From Lytechinus pictus (lineage: Eukaryota), in contig NC_087252.1 in assembly GCF_037042905.1 (NCBI RefSeq), forward strand, positions 22,818,001-22,882,000: a stretch of 64,000 nucleotides of DNA, read 5' to 3'. Each line of letters starts with the position of its first letter. Position 1 is the stretch's first letter. Shown here piece after piece: positions 49,401 to 61,100 of the stretch. Under the pieces are notes generated by a model. It made no database searches. It was not told where the DNA came from and worked only from the letters and a program-made list of their open reading frames with translations. The position numbers were made by a program, and so were the translations under genes.

Positions 49401-52400
49401 TAAAAGCCCATTTATAGCACAACTACTACATGTAATATTGATACACTCTTCTGCGCTTAATGCTTGGTATTATTTTCAGTCCGGCTGGAGGTGATCGGAT
49501 CTGTCCATGATCGGATATAGGTACTATAGCATAAAGGCGTCTTCGAAATTTCTAAAAAGGTGTAACAAATTAAAAGAAATAAAGGACGCGATTGCTCCCC
49601 GGGTTGCTTCCACCCATTCATAAATGTAAAACAATAATGGTAATACGGTCCTCCTACCCAAGCGGACAAGCCATCCAGCAAAAAATTAAGTATAAGTGTA
49701 AGTGTCCGATTCGCCCCCTCCATGACTGCCAATATAGTAAGTTTCACGCAGGAGGACGTCTAGTCGTGTCTGATTTTTTTTAAATAGTTCTTAAATCAGG
49801 CAGGCAAAATGTTTAAATAGTCTGCCGAATCTATAGTCATTTTACAATGGAAATTATAATTCTAACAACTTTTGTTTGCCCCCATTCCCTAGACGCTCGA
49901 GGAAGTCTTCTTGAAGCTGTGTATGGCGGATATAGAAGGGGATGATGATGAGGTAAGTTAATACAAATATAGTAAGGTATACTTGTGGTATCAATGATTA
50001 ATGTATTAATAAGAAATTATAAAATTTTAGCAATAACAATGATGGTGATATTGACGGTGATGATGATAATAATACTTAATGAAATGATGAAATATAATAA
50101 TGATGATAATAATAATAATAATACTAATAATGATAATAACGATAATAATATTAATGACAATGAAAACAATACTAATAAAAATGATAACTATAAAAGTTGC
50201 GATAATAATGACCCAAAAATAGAAATTTAGATAAACTTAAACCTTTATATAAACTTGCTTGCAGGTACTGATAATGCAAGACATTTTCAATATTATAGTT
50301 TATTGGAAAACAACGAATCCCCTGTCATAAACTCTCTTAATAGCTCCATGCTTTCATCATATTATTTTCATTTTAACTTTGTATGAACTTTACCAAAGCA
50401 CGACATTCCGAGCAGCGTGCGCGCAGCGAGCATCTCCGAAGTCAACGAGAGGACACGCCTACTTTCAAATGGTCAGGTGACACAATACACCAATCAGGTT
50501 TACGAAGACACACCCGCCGTGGTTGAACTGCCCAATGGCAAATCCAATCAACATGGAAGTGGTGACGATGACGTGTTCGTTGATGAGGAGGCAGTCAAGC
50601 CACGCCCTAAAGTGGGCGTGGTCCGGTCATTGTCTGTCATGACAACAAAGAGTGAAACTCCAGAATATCACTACGGTTAGTATAATCTTATAACTTAAAG
50701 GATATTAGGTGAGAATAGCAAGACAGAGTCCTATAATGTATAATCCTTTAATATAAAAATGAGTAAAGGTGTCCACAGTGTGAGATTCCCTTTATACCGT
50801 CAGTCATCAGATTAGATCATTGTAACATTGTGAACAACTTCTTCGCATAGTCCACTATTATAAACACACTTTGAACACACTGTGTAACAGTAGGCCCTAT
50901 ATCTTCCATTTACTGTGGCATGATTACTATCATTCTGTCATTAATCTAGACAAGCCCCCGTTGAAATACACCGATATTTTCCCAAGCCTCCTCAACATGT
51001 GGGCGCTACTTGTCAAGGATCTACTGAAGCTGGTGAGAAATCCAGGGTAAGTATTCCCAAATCATTCATTAGGATGTTACGATTTTCTACCGTAGCAGGG
51101 AAGACGGTTAATGCTCAGCGACGTTGGATGGATTCAAGAACAGAGTCAATATATTTGAGCGTGGAGCGTTGTGGCCCAGTGGATTAGTCTTCGGACTTTG
51201 AAACAGAGGGTCGTGGGTTCGAATCCCAGCCATGGCGTAATTTCCTTCAGCAAGAAATTTATCCGCGTTGTGCTGCACTCAACCCAGGTGAGGTGAATGG
51301 GTATCCGGCAGGATTATTTCCTTGAATGCATGAGCGCTGAAAGGCAGCTCGAGCTAAGGCTGGGGTAATAATAATAATAACAACGCGCCCACTGGCGGCG
51401 GAAGCCCAAAAATTTAGGGGGGGGGGTCCACCTGAAATTTTGTGATGGACACAGGTAAAAAAAAAATTTGACAAGCAAAAAAAAAAAAAAAAGGTTATCA
51501 ACCTAAATTTTAGGGGGGGGGGACCAGAAACAAAATTGACAAGCAAAAAAAAAAAAAAAAAAAAAAGGTTATCAACAAAAAATTTAGGGGGGACCGTCCC
51601 CCCCGCTTCCGCCGCCTATGAACGCGCCTCGGAATATAATATTTCTAGATAGATGGCGCTATATAAATGCCTATTATTATTATTATTAATATATTGAAGA
51701 CATCCGTCATATGACAAAGAACAGCAGATTCGTGACCTCAGTTCCAGAGCTGACGAAGACTTGCAAATGTGTCGTATGTCCAGATTAAAGGACTGCACTC
51801 TCAAAAAAATATGAGGTAAAATGCTCCATGAGGGTAATTATGTGTCCAACCAACATTGGGCATTTCTTTTTGGCATTTTTATTTATCCAGTGTGATGAAA
51901 GTTTTGCCCATTCTAAAGTAATTGCTGCTTTTTTTTTTATAACCTTACTGGACAATATGCTTCCCGCATTGGGTAAACTACTACCCCAAATTGGTTGGAC
52001 ACATAATTACCCTCGTTCTGGTTAAACTTTTACCCAATATTTTTTTACAGTGTAAACCGTTGCTTTGATTCACCATTGTCGACATAGAACTTTTTGTTGT
52101 TCATGGTCATGATTGGCATTTGAACAAATATATTTTCTCTGTTCTTGAATTATCCGTACATCGCTGAGCAAAAACCTCCTGATATATGAAAATCCGCTCG
52201 AGCATTTTTAAAGGTCAAGTCCACCCCAGAAAAATGTTGATTTAAATCCATATAGAAAAATCAAACAAGCATAACGCTAAAAATTCCATCGAAATTGGTT
52301 ATAAAATAAGAAAGTTATGACATATTAAAGTTTCGCTTTCAGTTTGTTTTTTTATAATCCTGATCATGTTTCCTTTTTTTCCTATCCAGTCTAACCCTTT

Positions 52401-55068
52401 TCCAGTTCATCCTCCCCGTGGTTGAAGTATGCCTCTTCTATCTAGCCATCGGCGGTAAACCTCAGAACCTTGATGTAGCCGTCATCAACAACGATCCCGA
52501 CGGCCCATTCAATCTCAGTCAAAAGTTCCTTGCCCAAATAGACGATTCGATGATCAACCAGGTCAGTTGTACTGTTTCATTATGAATAGCGATGGTGTTG
52601 GTGTACTGATGCTGACGAGGACGACAAAGGAAGATTACGACGACGACGACGAAGGCGATGATGATAACGATGATGATGATGATGCTGATAATGTGACGTT
52701 GATGAGAATGATGACTTCCCAATGATGACGATTGTGACGATGAAGAAGATGATAGTGATGATGACATTTGTGATGATGATGATGATGATTATGATGACAT
52801 ATGTGATGATGATGAGGATGATGATGAATGACGGAGATGACGACGGTGATGCCAGTGAAGTTGATGCTCCTGCTGCTGCTGATGGTGACGATGATGACGA
52901 TAATGATAATGATGATAAAGTTCGTCATGATGGTGATGATAGTGATGATGATAATTTCGATGATGATGATGGTGGTATTATGAATACGATGGTTTAAATA
53001 TTAAATTATTAGTATGACTAAGTTGGCGTTAATTTTCACAAACTTAATCCTATCATATCGAAACTTGATTGCAGAAACCAGTTGACTCCTTGGATGAAGC
53101 TATATCAGATCTCCGGAACGGCAAATACTGGGGCGTTATCGATATACCAGAGAATTATTCTTATTACCTTATTCAACGGTATGACATGATTTACCTCGTT
53201 TCTTGGTCGTCAATCATTCGTTAATATGTAATTTTTTATCATCATGACCCTGCTACAATCACAGTGTGCCACAAAGTGCGATCACAGAGTTTTCACAGCC
53301 ATTTACAGTGTGGACTATCTAAAATATCATTCCTATTGTTAAGATGCTCAAATTCAACTGTGTGAAGATATTTTTGTGGACACCTCGACAGTGTGACTGT
53401 TCACAGTGTGTTCACATAGTCGACTATGTGAATATGTAATTCACACTGTTGAATTGCTCAAATTTAGCAGTGTCAATGTGATTTCACATCATGTTCCACA
53501 CTGTGAACACACTGTGGGACATACTGTGAGACAATGTGTTCTTTACAGTAGGGAAGTTACTACATAATAGATGTATGTCGTCACGTCACTGCTTTCGTCT
53601 ATCGATACTGTTGATTTTGTAATCATCTGGAACATGATAATTAATTCCTTAATAATTTTTAAGAAAGTCTCTTTATAATGTTCGTAAGACCTTTTGCTTA
53701 CATCCTCAAATGGCAACCATGTAACAGTGTGTACATCAAACGTTTTTATATTTGATAAAAGATCCACATTAAAGTGTAAAGAACTGAATATATATTTTCA
53801 GGCAAGTTGAGGGTATTTCAGCTGATAATGCAACTCTATGGGGAAGCACAGTGAGGGTCACATTGGATGCCACAAGTAAGCAATCGTCATTGTGATCATT
53901 GTTATTGATATTACTATCATTATTATTCTTTTTATCATTATAATTAATAACAATGTTATTATCATGATCACCATCATCATCAGTACACATGCATGTTGTT
54001 GTATTAGGTGCACACTAAAAATATTGGGTAAAAATGCTCCATGAGGGTAATTATGTGCTCAACCAACATTGGGCATTTCTTTTAGGCAGTTTTATTTATC
54101 CAGTGTGATGAAAATTTTGCCCATTCTAAGTAATTACTACTTATTTTTTTAACCTTACTGGACAATATGCATTGGGTAAAATACTACCCAAAATTGGTTG
54201 GACACATAATTACCCTCGTGGTGGTAAAACATTTTACCCTATATTTTTTACAGTGTGTAAAAAACGAATGATTCCGTTTGTCAATGTGCCTTCTGTTTTG
54301 CTTGTGAAATTGAGCGGTTTTAGAAATGTACACTTTTGACATTACTAAAGTAGAATAGGGGGGGGGGGGGGCCTATACTGAAAAGTACTATGAATAACAA
54401 AAATAAGAATAGTTTGACGTTTTTTTTTATAAATAATATCTATTGCATATGCATTCTGAATACACGTCATAATATGTGAACCCACGAATTGTTATTTTAA
54501 ATTTGTTTCAATCTATTATTTTATTTTGATACTATACCTTATTACAGTAGTTCTCTGCGTTTTCTTGTCATCAAAATATCCTTCTCCCATGTCAATCTTC
54601 TAAATTTATTCCACTTTAGATCAGCAGATTGCAATATCTATTCAGACTGGTTTATTAGCTGCTTACGAGGTGGGTCATAGAGTTATATCACTGTTAATGT
54701 TAACCCCTAACCCCTAGACAATGTTAAAATAATAGTCCCGTACGTACAGTATTTAATCTTTATTAAAATTCTAAGTCATGCTATAATAAACGAACGTTAC
54801 TCTCGTGTGCAGAGTTCAAGTAATTGCGAGTTCTCGCAATTTGCAACGGGGACGGATTCTACAACACAGTAAATCTGTTAATTCAGATTCAGATTCATTT
54901 TGGTATTTTACAAAATAAATTCCTCGTTAAAATAGTCGGGAGACTGATACAAACAAGGGTTACAAAGCAAACAAATTCATAATTTGATAAGTGAAGCGAA
55001 ATAGTGAAATGATAATAATAATAATAATAATATTTATGTAGTAATAGAAATAGTAATAATGATAATAA

Positions 55069-55104
<36 letters not shown>

Positions 55105-58100
55105 TAGTGAATTGTTCAATATACATGATATAGGCTTATTGCACATACACAGTATTAGTAAAGTATATATAACATATATATATATTAGGAAACCCGTTAC
55201 AAAACAGGTAACAACTAAATTAATAGAAAAGTGTTCTATATGGTCATGATAAACGTAAAACAATCATTGCGATTCAATAAACAAATATGTAAGTTGTGGA
55301 GAAATTTTAGACAATGATATAAAAATACAAACAAAAATCACAAAGACAAAGGTTCTATTGAAAAATAGAAGAAGTGGTTATACTGCAAGATAAAGTTGTA
55401 TAGGTAAATTATGATATCAGAAATGCTTTTGACTTTTATCGAAAAGCTAAATTATCAATGATGTATTTTTTTCTGACAGTTCCGGGGAAAGATTTTCTTT
55501 TGACCGATTGAGACGGGACTTTTTGAAAAAGCTGCTCACTTGAACCATGCTAGTGATAAAGAAACACATATTAATGTCTGATCGATAATAATCATTAAGA
55601 CAAATAAACATAACATTTTTAACATTCCAGCATTGCTACGCACATCATGTTATCTTGTTGACCGAGTCGCGAGTATTATAGGCTGGTCATTAACACGCTG
55701 AATCATGTTTATCATCATTTGTTCATCAATTTTCAAACAATTCTGTTTCTTAAATGATGTTAATATTTATTTTTCGGTTTTCCTGATTCCTCATTTATTG
55801 TCAGCGATTTTGTTTTTGCTTTTGTTGACAGAGAAAATTCAATTTCAAATAAGAGTACAGAGCAGAAGAATAGATCAATTATGATAAAATGATAATGAAA
55901 TTGGTTGACTAACGAATGATATCATTAAAAAATTACTACTACTACTTAAACTACTTCTATTACTACCACTACTTACTCATACTCATGTCCGAATAATAAA
56001 GAATAGGAAAAAAACAACGCTTCCGTTGTTGATAATCTTGTCCTATTTTTTTTTTTTTGCTTTCCATATTTACTTTGAGTGAATTTTTGAATGTTTTTTT
56101 TAAGTTTTTCCTTCGGCTTATCAGAGTTTCAAGAGGGCAAATGTTCACCCATTCCACATACACTATCTTCGCGGTCGACCGTTTTAGCCGATGACGGAGA
56201 ACTAAACATTTTGGCAAAGTCAACACCCTCAGAAATTTGTATGGGCTTGCTACAACCTCTAATGCTGATGGTATTGATGACTATGCTGATGTTTAGACAT
56301 GTATATATCTGGATTTAATGTTCACATATCTTTATATATTACAGTCATTCATCGAGGTTGTTTTGACCAGCCTAGCATTAAACCCTGCTCTTGGCCAGAT
56401 ACCGCTTGTAGTAAGTCTTTGACAAACACACTCTAAAACAAGAATGTAGTGCTAAATTAGCACTTTTGGGAGTTTGTATCATGACTGCACTTCAAGTGTT
56501 GATTTGTCGTACTTGAAGCGATAGAATCGGCACCTGGCGTGTTGCATAAAGCACCCCATGTGCTGCAAATAACCACCTGACGTGTTGTCACCATACGAAC
56601 TCCGAAAAGTGCTAATTTAGCACTTGATTTTTGTAGAGTGTAGATTCCTTATTATTGAAGTAATGAATTTATTTGGCTTTATCCAAATACCCAGCTGAAA
56701 TTCGTATCACAATGGCAGTAAACTAGTTTTAACTAGAGAACGTAATTTTTCTGATTGAGACTTTCATAAATACTCTACAAGTATCGGCTCTTGTATTATA
56801 AAAGAAAGTTTGTTTTATACCTGGAATAGAAATTTACTGAAAATTCTACATTCATGTTTTCATGAAAAAATAACTATTTCATGATCAAATTTGTATATAT
56901 TTACTCCATGGAATCAGGCTCAATCAAGATAATCTAACGTTTAAGGGTATTTTTTTCAAAGCAAATCAAAGACTGAATAATGCCAACAAATTCTGTTTCT
57001 CTTGCCTGCAATATACATTGATTTGAAATACTGAAATATAGCAACTTGAAATCAAAATCAAAATTTAGGCAAAGAATTATTGTATAACTGAACGTAAAGT
57101 AACACGAAAGATTCTGAGTAAAAACTGAAATATACTCTGACTAAAATGTGTTTACCAACAAATATAAACGATATATCAATTTTTTTAAAACAGTTTTTGG
57201 ACAACTATGCTCTTGAAATTTCTATCATAATTATGTATAGTGTTTGCTTATAATGTATAATCGACACACATTTCAGGAGAGAATTTAATTCTTGATAAAA
57301 CCTCCTATTTTGAGTTAGTAAAAATTTTGAATTTTTTAAATATTTTTTTTCAGTTTCTTGATCCAGTCTATGGCGAACTTGATGGACCATTCACCTACTT
57401 CATGGCGGCTGGAGTTATTATTACGTAAGATTATGAGGATGAGAGTGTGCGTTTTGGGGTACGTAGGTTTGTGTGGGTGTGTGATTTTTGGTGTGTGTGT
57501 GGTATGTGGATGTGTAAGTTTAAGGGTAGGTGATGGTATATAGGCCTATGTGTGTGAGCGGGTGAGGGTGTGTATGTTTATTTGGGTGTGTGATGGTTGG
57601 TGTGTGCGCGTGATATATGGATGTGTAAGTTTAAGAGTAGGCAAGGTGTGCATGAGGGTGAGCGGATGAGGGTGTGTAGGTTTAGGTGGGTGTGTGATGG
57701 TTGGTGTGTGCCGCGGCATGTGGATGTGTAAGTATAAGGATAGGTGATGGTAAGGATGTGTGTGTGTGGGTGTGAGAGGGGCCTGCGTGTTGTGTTTCGT
57801 GGGTTATGAGGATGTGTTATGGTTTGTGTATGTTGACTGGGTGCTAAGTGGAAGGTGAAGTGTATAGGTGCGCGGCTAATGGTATTAGGTTTTTGAGAGA
57901 GTGAGGGTGTGCGTTTTTGGATTTGTGAGTTTATGTGGGTGCGAATTGATTTGTGGTAATTGGATGTGTAAGTGTAATAGTGGAATATGATGCGTGTGAG
58001 GGAGATCGGGATGGAAGGTAGGAAGGGAGGGAGTGATGGAATGGCAGGGGAGAGTGTGTGTCTCTGAATGCAAGTCAGTGCTTAGCTACACATTGCTCAT

Positions 58101-61100
58101 TTATAATTTTTTTATTTTTCATAAATATCTGAAATATTATCTTCTGAAAATTCTTTCATCTCTACTTGATTTTCAATGTAAACTCTCATTGAAAATCAAC
58201 ACTAAAGTAGTCTATATCCCTGCACTAGCGTATCCAGCATCAACTGTGACAAAGAAATGTGTGGGCCTATTCACAAGCATAATAGAGTCACTATTGTCCC
58301 CAGACAATTATTATTGGACCCGTGAAACGCTTTGTAGGATCTGATGCTGGATACGCGCCTGGTCTATCTAAAACGAAATATTTAACAATCCGTATTATCA
58401 TTTCTCGATAGATGTAACAAGGAGAAGAGATGATATCTCCTTGGATATAATAAGAGTCAGGTAATGAGATTGTTTGATAATGTAACATATATATTTATAA
58501 TGATAAATTCCATCGTTTCGTCCTATGAATAATGAATACATGTTATGTATATATTATTGTTATCAGTATTATTATTATTATTATATTTTACAGAATTATA
58601 TTCTTCCACGCGGTTGCTTTGACCTCGATGACCTTTGTTGTTGAGCGGAAAGAAGGTCTTCTCGACAGGATCTGGGTCTCAGGTTAGCGATCTATCGTCA
58701 CAGCCATACCGGTGTAACCGACCCCAAACTGACCGATCGCATGTCATTGAAAAATAACGTAATAGATTTTGTTCTGTCTGGGGTCGGTTTCCTTGGTGTG
58801 ACGGTAGCCTAAGCTGCTTTATGAAAACACATGGGTCCGTATTCTGAAGTCGGGTTTAATTTAAACTCTGGTTTTAAAGCAGATACGAACCAATAGCGTC
58901 ATCTCGAGTCCTCAACTACTCATGCCTGGCCAGTGGTCCCACGAGCCTAATTACATCAGGAGGGCTAAAGATATTCGTTCGACCCAACCCATTCGAATTT
59001 TTGTCAATTTGATATTGCTGATTGACAAAAATGTATGAATGTGATTCAAAATCTAACACTGATTCTAGAAATGGTAACTACTGAACTTACTTCGCCCAAA
59101 TTGGGAAGATAAATAAGTGACTTGGAACTATTTTTTGACTGGCGGAATAATTAGGGCTATTTTACTGTTTCAGTTGATGAATTCGATCGATTCATAGTTA
59201 TCTTCATAAATGGCGATTTATTTTTAAAATGAGCTGGCTACGGTACCCTTTCCTGGTCAGATTTGGAATGTCAGATATATATCCTATCCATTGGTAGTAA
59301 ACATTCCACCCTCTAATTTCACATTTATTTTTTATGAATTTTTCAAAAGTGCCATTTTAACACACAAGTCTATGGGGAATGTTTTACGCGCGTGACACCT
59401 TTAAGTAACATGGGAAATCTCTAGTAGTGGATGGAATACCTGGCCAAACTCTTCAGTATCAAACAATTTCTCACTGATATCAATATGTTTAGTCATCAAG
59501 TGGTGCAAAAAAATGGATTTAATGGCTAGCAGGGCTACATCAGGTAAAGTTAGTAAGTAGGTCTGTGTAGCCTAGGAATGTATGTAGATTGGTCAATGTA
59601 TAGAGTCAAGGCCTCTTTATGTTCTGATTTATCATTGTTTTGTGTTAGTGTACATCACCTACTTAGCATTAGAAAGACCTTTAGAAATTGCTCATGTTGA
59701 AATTGTTCTTAGGAAGGGGGTAGGTAGAGAGGAGATAGAACTTTGAGAACTTTACTGAAGAGAACTAGAGTGGTACCTTCAAGAAGGTATATAGAAAAGG
59801 GCACAGAGTAAGGTAAGGTATCTAATAGTGCTCAACTAAGGAGGGAGGGGGGGGGGGTGGCTGTGTGCTGCAATCTTAGTATAGCCCCCCCCTTATTAAG
59901 CCATGCAATCTATAAAATTATCTCTCTCTCTCTCTCTATCTATTTATGTATCTCTTCCTTCTTACATCTGAGAGGCAACAGCCCTAGCAAGATTTTGAAT
60001 AGGTCAAATGCAAATATACTAAAGTAGTATCTCATTCTTTTATTGTTTCCTCATCCAATCTCATGTATATTTGGTAATTATGTTTGGGGCAATTCTGTTA
60101 TCCTGATATCTACACATAATTTACATACACCTTTATATTACAATTAATAGGGACCTATATTGTCATGGCATTCACTGTTGGGCTATATGCAGGTAGGATT
60201 TGTATACATCCATATACAGTGAAAATAACATGTATGGGTAACACATTAAAATGGGTGATTGCATAGAAAATAGGCATTTTCAATGCATTTCTTTGTACTA
60301 GTGTAAGTGTACAGATATAAAAGAATAGCAAAGTAGCTATTCAAAAAAATAAAATACATAGGTCATATAATATAGGTCCCACGAGCCTAATTACATCAGG
60401 AGGGCTAAAGATATTCGTTCGACCCAACCCATTCGAATTTTTGTCAATTTGATATTGCTGATTGACAAAAATGTATGAATGTGATTCAAAATCTAACACT
60501 GATTCTAGAAATGGTAACTACTGAACTTACTTCGCCCAAATTGGGAAGATAAATAAGTGACTTGGAACTATTTTTTGACTGGCGGAATAATTAGGGCTAT
60601 TTTACTGTTTCAGTTGATGAATTCGATCGATTCATAGTTATCTTCATAAATGGCGATTTATTTTTAAAATGAGCTGGCTACGGTACCCTTTCCTGGTCAG
60701 ATTTGGAATGTCAGATATATATCCTATCCATTGGTAGTAAACATTCCACCCTCTAATTTCACATTTATTTTTTATGAATTTTTCAAAAGTGCCATTTTAA
60801 CACACAAGTCTATGGGGAATGTTTTACGCGCGTGACACCCAGTATCCTGACCCATAATGCTAGTGTAGTCTATCAATATACACCCTTTTGAATGATAACA
60901 TGCTAATTAACTACTCACTACATTTATACCGCAGTAATTATGTTACCAAGTAGCAAAAAAATTACCCTTCCTCTCAAAACAAGTTAGTTTCTCTATACAA
61001 ATACAATTATAGGTCAAATTATTCTCTGTAGTATTAGTAAATATCTGTAAACGTATATTTTAAGACTATGCATCTATAACACACAGTCACCGAGAGACCA

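Noticed and set aside
49480..49490. Possible micro-exon ttttcag|tccggctggag|gtgatc in ABCH intron 6
   Set aside because: 11 nt would frameshift; exons 6 and 7 already join in frame.
51163..51237. tRNA gene
   Set aside because: A and B boxes are present, but there is no clean acceptor stem and it continues into a SINE body shared with 16867-17152.
58935..60839. Canonical LTR retrotransposon
   Set aside because: The direct repeats lack TG..CA ends, and there is no PBS, gag/pol or flanking 4-6-bp TSD.
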